From assembly GCA_013812695.1 (NCBI GenBank), contig JACCSZ010000248.1, positions 5,556-69,555 on the forward strand: a stretch of DNA of 64,000 nt, in the 5' to 3' direction. This stretch comes from Gemmatimonadales bacterium (GTDB lineage Bacteria; Gemmatimonadota; Gemmatimonadetes; Gemmatimonadales; GWC2-71-9). The notes beneath the pieces are model-generated. The model was not told where the DNA came from. It saw only the letters and a program-made list of their open reading frames with translations, and did no database searches. The translations under genes and the position numbers were made by a program. This document shows positions 1 to 9,808 of this stretch, in pieces (position 1 is the first letter of the stretch; every line of letters begins with the position of its first letter).

Positions 1-860
1 CCCCACGCCTTCACCGCCGCGCGCGTGCCCTCCGCCAGGCGATGGTGGCGCGCGATGACGTTGTCGAGCCCTTCCTCGAACAGCATCGCGAGCGACTCGC
101 GCAAGCCATAGAGGAGAGGCAGCGAGGGAGTGTAGGGGAAGTACCCTGTGGCATTCGCCTTCCGCATGTCGCCCAGGTCGAAGAACACCCGGGGCAGCTT
201 GGCCGACTCGTACAGCGCGGCGGCCTTGGGACTCACGGCCAGGAGCCCGAGGCCCGCAGGAAGCATCAGCCCCTTCTGCGATCCCGTCACGGCGCAATCC
301 ACGCCCCACTCGTCCATCCGGAAATCGATGCTGCCGATCGAGCTCACGCCGTCGACCATCAGCAGTGCCGGATGCTTGGCGTCGTTGAGGGCCTTTCGCG
401 CCCCGGCTGCGTCGCTCGTCACGCCGGTCGCCGTCTCATTGTGGGTAAAGAGCACGGCCTTGATCTCGTGCTGCTTGTCGGCCGCGAGCGCCTCCTGATA
501 GCGCTCGATCGGCGCTCCCTCCCCCCACTCGGCGTCGAGGATATCGACCCGCAGGCCGAGTCGTTGCGCCATGTCGATCCAGAGGTGGCTGAACTGGCCG
601 AATCGTCCGGCGAGCACCCGGTCGCCCGGGCTCAGCGTGTTGGACAGCGCGGCTTCCCAGGCGCCGGTCCCGCTGGCCGGGAAGATGTAGGTCTGCCCCT
701 TGGTGGTCTTGAAGATTTGCTTCAGGTCTTCGAGGACGGGCGCCGCGAGGGAGGGAAAGCTGGACGACCGGTGGTCCTCCATCGCGATGTGCATGGCGCG
801 GAGAATACGGTCGGGCGTGTTCGTGGGACCCGGAACGAAGAGGAAGTTGCGGCCGGCCAT
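1..860 (-). CDS. class-V PLP aminotransferase, serine-glyoxylate / alanine-glyoxylate type (C-terminal part cut by window edge)
   Basis: Absent from the ORF track because it runs off the window. My own translation of the minus strand from the ATG at 860..858 gives MAGRNFLFVPGPTNTPDRILRAM...FPASGTGAWEAAL...TGSQKGLMLPAGLG. This is the AGXT/SgaA-type fold-I aminotransferase pattern, including the SQK PLP-lysine motif. The plus ORF 42..929 is its antisense shadow. Confidence 0.8.
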   Translation of the reverse strand, partial: MAGRNFLFVPGPTNTPDRILRAMHIAMEDHRSSSFPSLAAPVLEDLKQIFKTTKGQTYIFPASGTGAWEAALSNTLSPGDRVLAGRFGQFSHLWIDMAQRLGLRVDILDAEWGEGAPIERYQEALAADKQHEIKAVLFTHNETATGVTSDAAGARKALNDAKHPALLMVDGVSSIGSIDFRMDEWGVDCAVTGSQKGLMLPAGLGLLAVSPKAAALYESAKLPRVFFDLGDMRKANATGYFPYTPSLPLLYGLRESLAMLFEEGLDNVIARHHRLAEGTRAAVKAW

Positions 861-1034
861 GCGCGGAGCCCCCGGTGGAAGAAAGGATGGGCCGAGGCGA
901 CGCGCCTCCGCCGGATCAGAGTACATTAGCAGGCGCCACACGCCGGTGCCGCCGGCAGACGCATTCCGCCGAATTTTTATGCGTCCAGATACCCATGTAT
1001 AGCACTTTGTGCTTTTTTTCACAAGGCTGAGAAC

Positions 1035-2378
1035 TTGCCCGTGACCGCCGCTGATCTGGGCTGGAACGCGTCGCCGCGTGAACTCCTCCTTGAGCTTTAT
1101 ACTGTTGCTACTTCAGCGGTTGACCCTGCCCCTGCCCTGGGGGCCCGACTCGAGCGCCTGGAACATGGCGGCGCGCGGCGGCGGTGGGTGCTTGCCCTCG
1201 GCAAGGCAGCGGCCCCGATGGCACGCGCAGCAGTGGATGCGCTGGCCCGATGGGGGCTCGAGCCGGCGGGCGGCCTCGTGGTCGCTCCCGAGGCTCGTCT
1301 AGCCGCCCACCCGCACATGCCGTTCGTCGTAGGCGATCACCCGGAGCCTGGTGCCGGCTCCCTGGCCGCCGCCCGAGCGCTCGAGGTTGCGGCCGCACGA
1401 GTCGGCGAGGGCGACGAGGTCTGGGTGCTGCTCTCGGGAGGAGCCACCAGCCTCCTCGCCGCACCGATAGACGGTGTATCGCCGGCAGAGCTGGCGGCGC
1501 TGTACAAACTCCTGCTCGGGTCCGGGCTCGACATTACGGCCATGAATCGCGTCCGGAAGCGGTTCTCTCGTTGGGGTGCCGGCCGGCTCGCGGTGGCACT
1601 CGCGCCGGCCCGGGTGCACGCCTTCATCGTGTCCGACGTCATCGGGGACGATCTCGCTTCGATCGGCTCCGGCCCTTGCGTGCCCGATCCGGCCAGCGCC
1701 ACCGACGTCCGCAGGCTGCTCGAAGCCGCCGGCCTGTGGGATCGCATCCCCCAGTCGGCCCGTCGGATCGTCGTCGCGTCGGAGGCGGGGGAAATGGCGG
1801 AGACGCCAAAACCCGGCGACCGGGCTTTCGCGCGCGTGAGCATCGAGCTGATCGCCAGTAACCGGTTGGCCCTCGAAGCGGCGGCCAAACGCGCGGCAGA
1901 GTTGGGCCTCGCTCCCCAGGTGGCGGAGACGCCGCTCGCCGGGGAGGCGTCGGCGGCCGGAACGAGTGTGGCCACTACACTATTACAACATTGCGGGCCT
2001 GCTGAGATCCCGCAACCAGTCCGACCGTCCCGCTGCTTTATCTGGGGGGGTGAGACGACCGTCACATTGGGCGACGCGATCCCGGGGCTCGGAGGTCGCT
2101 GCCAGGAGCTCGCGCTCGCGGCCGCCCGCACGCTCGAGGGTGCTCCGGCGGGCGCGGCCCTGCTCGCGGCGGGAACGGACGGTCGCGACGGACCGACCGA
2201 TGCCGCGGGCGCCGTGGTCGATGGGGACACCTGGCGAGCGGTGGCCCTGGCAGGCCGCGATCCCGCGCGCGACCTGCGGGCGCACGACGCCTATCACGGG
2301 CTCGATGCGGCGGGCGCGCTCGTGAAGGTGGGGCTGACGGGCACGAACGTGATGGACGTGGTGATCGGGATCGTGTAG
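1035..2378 (+). CDS. glycerate 2-kinase / hydroxypyruvate reductase-like protein (DUF4147 + MOFRL family)
   Basis: ORF 1035..2378 with a TTG start. Motifs GGETTVTLG...GLGGRCQELALAAA...AGTDGRDGPTDAAGAVVDG are typical of TtuD/GckA-type glycerate kinases. It is divergent from the aminotransferase. Confidence 0.8.
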   Translation: MPVTAADLGWNASPRELLLELYTVATSAVDPAPALGARLERLEHGGARRRWVLALGKAAAPMARAAVDALARWGLEPAGGLVVAPEARLAAHPHMPFVVGDHPEPGAGSLAAARALEVAAARVGEGDEVWVLLSGGATSLLAAPIDGVSPAELAALYKLLLGSGLDITAMNRVRKRFSRWGAGRLAVALAPARVHAFIVSDVIGDDLASIGSGPCVPDPASATDVRRLLEAAGLWDRIPQSARRIVVASEAGEMAETPKPGDRAFARVSIELIASNRLALEAAAKRAAELGLAPQVAETPLAGEASAAGTSVATTLLQHCGPAEIPQPVRPSRCFIWGGETTVTLGDAIPGLGGRCQELALAAARTLEGAPAGAALLAAGTDGRDGPTDAAGAVVDGDTWRAVALAGRDPARDLRAHDAYHGLDAAGALVKVGLTGTNVMDVVIGIV

Positions 2379-2398
2379 TCACGACGACCCTGACTCGG

Positions 2399-2854
2399 TT
2401 ACGGCCGCACTTCCAGCTGCGGCCGCCAATCTTCGCCGAGCAGCACCGTCACGTCGACTCGCCTGAGCGTATCCGGCGCGATCGCGACTCGACCCGCGCC
2501 GAGCGCCTGGGCGACGTCCCGCCCGAGACCCGGTTCGCCGCGCCGCACCAGAATTTGCGTCGAATCCGTCCTGGGCCCGCTGCCGAAGAACACCACATCG
2601 ACACCGCGCCGGCGAAGGGCTCGCGTAGCGGTGCGTGCGAGCCCCGCGCGCCGGGTGCCGTTCAATACCTCCACCTGGATGCGCTTGCCGGGCGCCGGGA
2701 GCGCATAGGCGTGGCCGGCCACCTGCTCCGGCCTCGGCTTCATAAGCGTCGCGAAGACCCCGAGGAGGGCCGCGCCCGCCGCGGCGATCAGCGCGAGCCG
2801 GAGGGCTCGACGACGCTGTTCCAGAAGCGCACCGTTGGCTCGGGTATCGGCCAC
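2399..2854 (-). CDS. LytR_C-domain membrane protein
   Basis: C-terminal part of ORF 2399..3319: a TM helix (LALIAAAGAALLGVFATL) followed by RIQVEVLNGTRRAGLARTATRALRRRGVDVV...VAIAPD. The only in-frame start keeping the TM helix is GTG at 2854, which overlaps the upstream gene by 67 nt. The start is uncertain. Confidence 0.5.
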   Translation of the reverse strand: MADTRANGALLEQRRRALRLALIAAAGAALLGVFATLMKPRPEQVAGHAYALPAPGKRIQVEVLNGTRRAGLARTATRALRRRGVDVVFFGSGPRTDSTQILVRRGEPGLGRDVAQALGAGRVAIAPDTLRRVDVTVLLGEDWRPQLEVRP

Positions 2855-3351
2855 CCCGAGCCGATCAGGTGGGTGAGTCGGTCGCCCGCGACGGCGCGGA
2901 GCACGGCCGGCGAATCGTCGGGGAATCGCTCCGCCAGCTCGGCCCTCCACTCGGGCCGGAACTCGCGGCCCGGCTCGAGATAGTCGGCGCAGTACAACAT
3001 CCGCCCCACCATATCCCACCCCGCGTGACCGATCGAATGAAAGCGGACGGCGTCCAGGATGCCCCGGTCGGTTTCGCCGTCGGCTTCCGCGCGGGCGGCG
3101 GCGGCCGGTCCATGGCGCAGTGCGGGCGGCCCCTCGGCCAGCGGCGCCCAGCGATCGAGCGTGGGAGGTGCGGCGTCGCGGAACGCGTCGTGCAGCCACA
3201 CGGCGCGAAGCCATCGCCCGCGCTCCGCGCCTGACACCCGCATCCGCTCGGCCCAGGCCGTGGCGAGCGCGGCCACGCGGCCGATGTGCGCCAGCCGCTC
3301 GGGTGAAATTTCGGCCCACGACGGAAGGCCACTCTCTGCCGAGCCGGTCAT
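2788..3351 (-). CDS. HD-domain phosphohydrolase (YqeK-like)
   Basis: Internal ATG (aa 142 of ORF 2788..3774) forms an ATGA overlap with the panC stop. MTGSAESGLPSWAEISPERLAHIGRVAALATAWAE...WLHDAFRD...RFHSIGHAGWD...LYCADYLEPGR resembles the YqeK HD hydrolase family. Confidence 0.6.
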   Translation of the reverse strand: MTGSAESGLPSWAEISPERLAHIGRVAALATAWAERMRVSGAERGRWLRAVWLHDAFRDAAPPTLDRWAPLAEGPPALRHGPAAAARAEADGETDRGILDAVRFHSIGHAGWDMVGRMLYCADYLEPGREFRPEWRAELAERFPDDSPAVLRAVAGDRLTHLIGSGWPIPEPTVRFWNSVVEPSGSR

Positions 3352-4205
3352 CCGCCGAGGCCTTGGTCGAGGATGATGTTGTCGATCAGCCGAGTGGATC
3401 CCACTCGTGCCGCGAGCGCCACCACCGTGTCGGCCTCGACCACGTCGACCGGCGTGAGCGCGCGCGGCTCGGCGATGGCCACGTACTCGACCGTCACAGC
3501 CGGCTCCAATGCCAACTGCGGGCGCATCGCGTCCAGGAGGGCTCCGGCCCGCCGCCGGCCCGCACGGTACGCCTCGTGCGCGGCCCCCAGCGCACGGCTG
3601 AGCACCAACGCGCGGCGGCGCTCGTCGGGATTCAGATAGGCGTTGCGGCTGCTGAGGGCGAGACCATCGGGCTCGCGGACGGTGGGCACCACCACGATCT
3701 CGAGCGGCCAGTCGAGGTCCCGCACCATCTGCCGGACCAGGGTCGCCTGCTGGATGTCCTTGCGTCCGAAGCATGCGACGTCAGGCTCCGCCAGATGAAA
3801 CAGCTTGGCGACCACCGTCAGCACGCCCGCGAAGTGGCCGGGCCGGGCCGCGCCTTCCCAGCGCTCCGCCGTGGCGCCGGGCAGCACGCGGATCTCGGAG
3901 CCTGCGGGGTACATGACCTGCTCGCTGGGCGCGAAGAGCGCCGTGACCCCGCGATCCTCCGCCAGCACGCGGTCGCGCGCCAGGTCGCGCGGATACCGGG
4001 CAAGATCTTCCGCGGGCCCAAACTGCAACGGGTTCACGAAAACGCTCATGACGGTGGAGTCGGCCCGACCCCGCGCGGCGTCCACCAGGCGCAGATGCCC
4101 TTCGTGGAGGTAGCCCATCGTCGGGACGAGTGCGACACGCCGGCCCGCGGCGCGTTCCCCGCTCGCCCACCGTCGGAGGTCGGAGATGGTCTGAAGCTCG
4201 ATCAC
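3348..4205 (-). CDS. panC: pantoate--beta-alanine ligase
   Basis: VALVPTMGYLHEGHLRLV, FVNPLQFGP and DLDWPLEIVVVPTVREPDGLALSSRN motifs. I prefer the GTG at 4205 (285 aa, 19 nt after the panB stop) over the longest ORF start at 4271. Confidence 0.85.
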   Translation of the reverse strand: MIELQTISDLRRWASGERAAGRRVALVPTMGYLHEGHLRLVDAARGRADSTVMSVFVNPLQFGPAEDLARYPRDLARDRVLAEDRGVTALFAPSEQVMYPAGSEIRVLPGATAERWEGAARPGHFAGVLTVVAKLFHLAEPDVACFGRKDIQQATLVRQMVRDLDWPLEIVVVPTVREPDGLALSSRNAYLNPDERRRALVLSRALGAAHEAYRAGRRRAGALLDAMRPQLALEPAVTVEYVAIAEPRALTPVDVVEADTVVALAARVGSTRLIDNIILDQGLGG

Positions 4206-4224
4206 GTGCGCGGCGGGGCGGCGA

Positions 4225-5061
4225 TCAATCGAAGCTGTGCTCGGGCCCGGGATAGCGTCCGCCGCGCACATCGGCGGCGTACGCGCGAACCGCGGACCGC
4301 ACCGCTTCGCCCAACTCGGCGTACCGATGGAGAAACTTGGGATTGAAGGCCTCGTTCAGGCCGAGCATGTCGTGCAGAACCAGTACCTGCCCATCGCACC
4401 CCGCGCCCGCGCCGATGCCGATCGTGGGAATGGTGAGCGCCGCGGAGATCCGCCGCGCCAACGCCGACGGCAACAGCTCGAGCACGACCCCGCAGGCGCC
4501 CGCCTCCTCCAGGGCTCGCGCGTCGGCGAGCAGCCGGTCGGCCGAGCCGACCTCCCTGCCCTGCACCCGATAGCCGCCGAGGGCGTGCACCGACTGCGGG
4601 GTGAGCCCCAGATGGCCCAGGACCGGGATGCCGCGCTCGACCAGCGCGCGCACCGTGTCGGCCATGGGCTGGCCCCCTTCGAGCTTGACCCCGTGCGCAC
4701 CGCTTTCCTGCAACACCCGCCCGGCGTTCCGGATCGCCTCCGGTACCGATACCTGGTAGGTGAGGAACGGCAGGTCCACGAACACCAGCGACCGCCGCGA
4801 CCCTCTGTGGACGCTGGCCGCGTGATAGATCATCTGCTCGAGCGTGGCGCTCAGCGTCGTCTCCTGCCCCGCCAGGACTTGATTGAGCGAGTCGCCGACG
4901 AGAAGGACATCCACGTCGGCCGCTTCGAGCAGCCGGGCGAAGGCGGCGTCGTAGCAGGTCAGCACAACGATCCGGCGGCCGGCCGCCTTCATGCCGATCA
5001 GGTCCGGCACCGTCAGAGGCCGTGCGTCACCGTTCATGGGCATGCAGTTCCGCCAATTCAC
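4225..5061 (-). CDS. panB: 3-methyl-2-oxobutanoate hydroxymethyltransferase
   Basis: VVLTCYDAAFARLLEAADVDVLLVGDSLNQV...GAHGVKLEGG...IPVLGHLGLTPQS. The start may be one of the internal Met codons at 5043 or 5037. Confidence 0.9.
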   Translation of the reverse strand: MNWRNCMPMNGDARPLTVPDLIGMKAAGRRIVVLTCYDAAFARLLEAADVDVLLVGDSLNQVLAGQETTLSATLEQMIYHAASVHRGSRRSLVFVDLPFLTYQVSVPEAIRNAGRVLQESGAHGVKLEGGQPMADTVRALVERGIPVLGHLGLTPQSVHALGGYRVQGREVGSADRLLADARALEEAGACGVVLELLPSALARRISAALTIPTIGIGAGAGCDGQVLVLHDMLGLNEAFNPKFLHRYAELGEAVRSAVRAYAADVRGGRYPGPEHSFD

Positions 5062-5452
5062 GCTGCCAGAAGTCGCGGTTCGGGAGCTCGGGATGGGGAA
5101 TAATAAGGTCGGGCTCGGTGACGTGCCGCCGCGCGAACCGCACGATGTCGAGATCCAGCGTGCGTGCCCCCCACCGCTCCGTGCGCACGCGGCCCTCCGC
5201 GCGCTCGATGGACTGACACGCGGCCAGCAGCTCGCGCGGGGTCAACACGGTCTCGAGCAGCACCATCTGGTTGAGATAGGGCGGCTGGATCATCCCCGCG
5301 AGCGGGGCGGTTTCCTCGACCGCCGACGCGGCGAGAAGGGTCGTGCCCGGCAGCCGGCCGAGCGCCTCGCGGCCCGCGGTCAGGTGGCTCGCGCGGTCGC
5401 CGAGGTTGCTGCCGAGGGCCACGTACACGCGCTCGGCGCGGCGCGCCTCCAC
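5027..5452 (-). CDS. folK: 2-amino-4-hydroxy-6-hydroxymethyldihydropteridine diphosphokinase
   Basis: VYVALGSNLGDR...RWGARTLDLDIV...LIIPHPEL, the HPPK signature. The ORF is 141 aa. Confidence 0.85.
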   Translation of the reverse strand: MEARRAERVYVALGSNLGDRASHLTAGREALGRLPGTTLLAASAVEETAPLAGMIQPPYLNQMVLLETVLTPRELLAACQSIERAEGRVRTERWGARTLDLDIVRFARRHVTEPDLIIPHPELPNRDFWQRELAELHAHER

Positions 5453-5453
5453 G

Positions 5454-7535
5454 TCACTGCTCCACCGCGAAGTGTCGCGCGATCCGCTGCAGATCCACTG
5501 CCACGTCGCCCAGCTCGCGGATGGAACGCTCGAGATCGGCCTGGCCGGCGGCCGCCTCGGTGGCTCGGCTGGCCAGCGCCTCGGTCTCGCTCAGGGTGCG
5601 CGCCGAGCCCGCGGCCACCCGGCGGATCTGTCCCGTGAGCCCGTCCACCGCGCGGAGCTGTTCCGCCGCCGTCGACGCGATCGCGCGGGCGTGTCGGCCC
5701 GCGTCGCTGGTCGTGCCCACGATCGCGTCGAGCGCCTGCGCGGCATCGGCGCTCAGGCCTTCGACCCCCGCCACGGCCTCGCGCCCGCGCTCCATCTGGC
5801 CCGAGACGGCCGTGACCTGATCGGCGATCTCCTCGAGCAGCACCCGCGCCTCGCCCGCGGCGTGCAGGCTCTGCGCGGCCAGGTCGCGAACCTCGTCGGC
5901 TACCACCGCGAACCCGCGGCCGTCAGCCCCCGCGCGGGCCGCCTCGATGGCGGCGTTGAGCGCGATCAGGTTCGTGAGGTCCGCGATCTCCCGGATGGTG
6001 CCGATGAAGCCCTTGATCCTGCTCGTCATGGTGCCGAGCCCCGCGACCTTGTCGGCGCTGGCGGAGACGAATCCGTTGAGTCCGACGAGGCGGGCGATCG
6101 CTTCCCCGATGACTGCCCGTTTCTGCGTCGCGACCTCCGCGGCGGTGCCGCTGGCCTGGGCGGCGAGCGCGCCCTGGTCGGCCATGGCGCGGGAGGCGGC
6201 GCCGAGGGAGTCGGTGGCCTTGAGGCCGCCTGCGACGAAGCTCTCGAGCTCCCCGGCGCCCTGCCGCATGCCCTGCGAGGCGTCCGCCAGCGCCAGCGCC
6301 GAGGCGCGGAGCGACTCGGTCACCCGCGCGAGCGCGGTCACCTGCTGGCCGATCTGCTCGACCGTACTCAGGAGCGGGCGGCGGAGCTCCGCGATGTGGA
6401 TGGCCGTCGCGATCTGGTTGCCGATCGTACTCAACGCCGTGAGGTCCTTCGGGCCGTAGGTATGGCGCTTGGGGTGATCCACCTCCACGGTGCCGAGCAG
6501 CTCCTCGCCGAAACGGATCGGATGGACGATGAGACTACCCACCTCCGGCATTGTCAGCCGGACCAGCGGATCGGACCGCGCGTCCTTGACCTCGACCACG
6601 CGGCCGCGGGCGATCGCCTCGGCCCGGAACGGCGCGGCGCCCTCGGGAGGCGCGCCTCGGTTCGGCCGGCCGAGGAGTCCGCGGTAGGCGAGCGAGGGCA
6701 CGCCGTCGGTGACCCGGTAGATGCGAAAGTCACCCCAGTCGAGCAGGCGGTAGGCCAGGCGCTCGATCTGGTCGAAGGAGCCCTGGAGCGTGGCGTTGCT
6801 CGCGATCGCCACTTCCATCAGGTGCACCTTGTTCAGGTCCTCGGCACCGATCGCTTCCTCGAGGAGGCGTCGCGTGAGCGCGCCCACCACGCCGAGCGCG
6901 AGCGCCACGGCGAGCCAGCCCACCGGCGACAGCGCGACCAGCGCGGCGAGCACGACGCCCGACGCGATGAGAGTGAGCAGGTACGAGATGATCTCCCACC
7001 GCAGGATCAGAATCTTCTCGGCGTACTCGAGCTTGTCACGGAGCAGCAGCGTGCAATAGAACAGCGCGCGGGTCCCGAAGAAATACATGCAGACGAAGAT
7101 CGCGATGGCGGGCAGCAGGTCGAGGGACAGCTCGGGCCGGCCGGTCAGTGCGAGCACGGCGGCGTAGAGCCCGTACGCGGCGGTGAAGCCCAGCACCTCG
7201 CGGCCGGCGTTGATGAGGCCCGCGCGCGGGAGCTTCCGGAGCCAGAGCAGGTCCGAGGCGAAGACCCCGGCCCACAGTGCCAGCACCACCGGTGTGGGCC
7301 CGACGCTCAGCGCCCCGACGAGGGCCACGACGCCCGACTGCGTCAGGTACGAATACTTGCTCAGGCGGACGGGCGACGCACGAAGTACGAGCACGCCCGC
7401 CAGCAGCACGAGCGTGCTGATCGGCTGGGCGATCCACCGGGTGTCGACGGCGACGGCGAGGAGCGCGACCGCGAGCCCCCCGAACGCCACGGTCTGCGCG
7501 TAGCGATCCACGAGCTGCTGCACGCGATCTCTCAT
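5454..7535 (-). CDS. polytopic-membrane sensor with GAF domain and methyl-accepting-chemotaxis (MCP) signalling domain
   Basis: Internal ATG (aa 81 of ORF 5454..7775), 10 nt after the trpA stop. The N-terminal ~250 aa contain several hydrophobic helices. A GAF-like segment follows ([23 protein letters not shown]). It ends with the canonical MCP hairpin, [37 protein letters not shown]. Confidence 0.75.
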   Translation of the reverse strand: MRDRVQQLVDRYAQTVAFGGLAVALLAVAVDTRWIAQPISTLVLLAGVLVLRASPVRLSKYSYLTQSGVVALVGALSVGPTPVVLALWAGVFASDLLWLRKLPRAGLINAGREVLGFTAAYGLYAAVLALTGRPELSLDLLPAIAIFVCMYFFGTRALFYCTLLLRDKLEYAEKILILRWEIISYLLTLIASGVVLAALVALSPVGWLAVALALGVVGALTRRLLEEAIGAEDLNKVHLMEVAIASNATLQGSFDQIERLAYRLLDWGDFRIYRVTDGVPSLAYRGLLGRPNRGAPPEGAAPFRAEAIARGRVVEVKDARSDPLVRLTMPEVGSLIVHPIRFGEELLGTVEVDHPKRHTYGPKDLTALSTIGNQIATAIHIAELRRPLLSTVEQIGQQVTALARVTESLRASALALADASQGMRQGAGELESFVAGGLKATDSLGAASRAMADQGALAAQASGTAAEVATQKRAVIGEAIARLVGLNGFVSASADKVAGLGTMTSRIKGFIGTIREIADLTNLIALNAAIEAARAGADGRGFAVVADEVRDLAAQSLHAAGEARVLLEEIADQVTAVSGQMERGREAVAGVEGLSADAAQALDAIVGTTSDAGRHARAIASTAAEQLRAVDGLTGQIRRVAAGSARTLSETEALASRATEAAAGQADLERSIRELGDVAVDLQRIARHFAVEQ

Positions 7536-7545
7536 CGGGCTGCCG

Positions 7546-8382
7546 TCAACGCGCCGCCACGACCGGGCTGCCGACCGCCGCGGCGTCCAGCGCTTCGCGC
7601 AGCGATATGAGGAAGTCGCGGGCGGCCTCGACGCCGCGGCTGCCGAGCACGTCGACCAACGCGCTCCCGACGACCACGCCGTCCGCTTGTCCCGCCAGGA
7701 TGCGAGCCTGGGCAGGGGTCGAAATGCCGAAGCCGACAGCGAGGGGGAGCGCGGTGGCCCGGCGCACCCGCGCAATCAATGTATCGAGCCCGTCGGCCAG
7801 GCCGGCGGTGGCGCCCGTGACCCCCAGCCGGGCGACCAGGTAGACGAATCCCTGGGCGCCCAGGACGGCCGCCGCCAGCCGGTCCGCGCGCGTCGTGGGC
7901 GCGATGAGACGAATCAGGTCGAGTGGGCTCGCCTGGATCGCCGACTCGACCGCGGGATCGCTGCCGGCCGGCAGATCGGTCAGCAACACACCGGCCAGCC
8001 CCAGCGCGTCGGCATCGCGAAGGAAGCGGTCCACGCCGTACCGCAGGATCGGATTGAGGTAGCTGAAGACCACCACCGGCCGCGACAGCCGCGCGCGCTC
8101 GATCAGCGCGAGCGTGCCGGCCAGTGTCATGCCCTGCCGCAGCGCCTCGAACGTGGACCGCTGGATGGTCGGCCCGTCGGCGAGCGGATCACTGAACGGC
8201 ACGCCCACCTCCAGGATGTCCGCGACCTGATCGGCCGCCTGGAGGGCGGCGAGGCTGGTGTCGACGGTCGGGTGGCCGGCGGTGAGGTACGGGATCAGCG
8301 CGGTGCGACCGCGCGCGCGCAGGTCGGCCCAGGCCGGCGCGAGGCGGGAGTCAGACAAAGTAGTCGCCGGCCGTGAGGCCAT
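7546..8382 (-). CDS. trpA: tryptophan synthase alpha chain
   Basis: [11 protein letters not shown]...[18 protein letters not shown]...[13 protein letters not shown]...PLAVGFGIS. Confidence 0.9.
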   Translation of the reverse strand: MASRPATTLSDSRLAPAWADLRARGRTALIPYLTAGHPTVDTSLAALQAADQVADILEVGVPFSDPLADGPTIQRSTFEALRQGMTLAGTLALIERARLSRPVVVFSYLNPILRYGVDRFLRDADALGLAGVLLTDLPAGSDPAVESAIQASPLDLIRLIAPTTRADRLAAAVLGAQGFVYLVARLGVTGATAGLADGLDTLIARVRRATALPLAVGFGISTPAQARILAGQADGVVVGSALVDVLGSRGVEAARDFLISLREALDAAAVGSPVVAAR

Positions 8383-9808
8383 ACCGGGATGGCGTGGTGA
8401 CCTTCACGATCGACCGCCGATAGGCGCCGCTCTCATCCTGCTCGACCAGGTTGACCAGGTCGCCCGGCGGGGGGACGTGGCCGCCGTCCGCGCTCACCGC
8501 GATGCGCACCAGCGGGCGATTGAGCTGCAGCCCCTCCGGATTGGTCGCCGCGACGAGGGCGACTTCAAAGGTGTCGAGGATGACGCAGGTCCCGACGGGA
8601 TAGATGCCAATGAGGTTGATCAGCGCTTTGACGAGGATGGTGTCGTAGCCGCGCTTCGGATTATGCCACATCTCGCGGAGCACCTCGTCCGGCTCGATCG
8701 GCACCGTCTGATAGCTGCGTCGCGTGGTGGCGGCATCGAATCCGTCGGCCACCGCGACGATCCGCGAGAAGATCCCGAGCGCCCGGTCCCGCACGCTCTT
8801 GGGGTAGCCCGTCAAATCGGTCTTCATGTGGTGCTCGTGGGCCACGAGGATGCTGCGGTAGGGCAGTTCGTCGTGCGTGCGCATCCCGAACAGCGTGAGC
8901 GTCCCCATCCACGGGTGGCCCTGCATGATGCGCCACTCCACTTCGTCGAGCCCGGACGTCTTGTTGAGGATGTCCACCGGTATCCGGGCCTTGCCCACGT
9001 CGTGCAGCAGGGCGGTCATGCCCAGATCGTAGAGCTGCAGCTTGCTGAACCCGAGCTTCTTGCCCAATGCGACCGAAAAGATGCACACGTTCACCGAGTG
9101 CGTGAAGGTGTACTCGTCGTAGTCGCGGATGGTCGTGAGGCCGACCAGCGATGTCTCGTTGTTGAGCACCTGGTCGACGATGAGCTGCACGGCGCGCTTC
9201 ACACGCTTCACGCTGGTGGCACGGCCCAGCCTGACGCCGGTGATCACGTCCTTGGTGACCGCCACGCCCTGGCTGTAGATGCGCTTGGCCTGCTCCTTGG
9301 ACTGCTCCGCTTCGGGATCGTGCTCCTGCTCCACGGCCCGTTCGATCTCGACGCCCTTCACCTCGGCCGAGCGGAGGCGCTCGAACAGTTCCTCGAACCG
9401 CCCCTCCGTGCCCGCCCGCTCGGCCAGGCTGAGGAGCAGGCTCAGGAAAATCTGCCATTCCCGGCGGTTGGCGGAATCGTGAACGCGCAGGCCGCCGATC
9501 GAGAACGTCCGCAGCATCGTGAGGATGTGGCTGAACGCGGCGTAGTTGTCGAGCTCGAGGCGCAGCCGGGTCGCGTTGACGAAGATGAAGTCGCCGGCGA
9601 GCCGGATCTCCAGGTCGGCCTCGAGCGCCACCAGCGCACGGGACGTGGCGTCCAGGTCGTCGAGCGCCCTCTGGACCGTGGCGTTCTCCACCGGATACAG
9701 CTTGAGGCTCCGGAGGGCGGTGTACAGCGCCAGCAGCAACGCGCGCCCCCCCTGCCGCAGGCGGCCCTCGGACGCGGCGCCCGGCGCCAATTCGGCCGGC
9801 GTCGTCAC
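8351..9808 (-). CDS. HD-GYP domain phosphohydrolase (putative c-di-GMP phosphodiesterase)
   Basis: The GTG at 9808 forms a GTGA overlap with the upstream stop (9805). HSVNVCIFSVALG...ALLHDVGKARIP...HEHHMKTDLTGYPK...IVAVADGFDAATTRRSY is the HD-GYP pattern. Confidence 0.8.
   Translation of the reverse strand: MTTPAELAPGAASEGRLRQGGRALLLALYTALRSLKLYPVENATVQRALDDLDATSRALVALEADLEIRLAGDFIFVNATRLRLELDNYAAFSHILTMLRTFSIGGLRVHDSANRREWQIFLSLLLSLAERAGTEGRFEELFERLRSAEVKGVEIERAVEQEHDPEAEQSKEQAKRIYSQGVAVTKDVITGVRLGRATSVKRVKRAVQLIVDQVLNNETSLVGLTTIRDYDEYTFTHSVNVCIFSVALGKKLGFSKLQLYDLGMTALLHDVGKARIPVDILNKTSGLDEVEWRIMQGHPWMGTLTLFGMRTHDELPYRSILVAHEHHMKTDLTGYPKSVRDRALGIFSRIVAVADGFDAATTRRSYQTVPIEPDEVLREMWHNPKRGYDTILVKALINLIGIYPVGTCVILDTFEVALVAATNPEGLQLNRPLVRIAVSADGGHVPPPGDLVNLVEQDESGAYRRSIVKVTTPSRYGLTAGDYFV

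Noticed and set aside
42-929. 295-aa plus-strand ORF at the window start
   Set aside because: Its translation is Arg/Gly/His-rich with no recognisable family. The opposite strand gives a clean class-V aminotransferase. It is an antisense shadow ORF.
1001-1019. Hairpin plus T-run resembling an intrinsic terminator upstream of the glycerate kinase gene
   Set aside because: The stem is only 5 bp, and it lies in a divergent promoter region with no upstream transcript to terminate. It is more likely a promoter or UP-like AT tract or a small operator.
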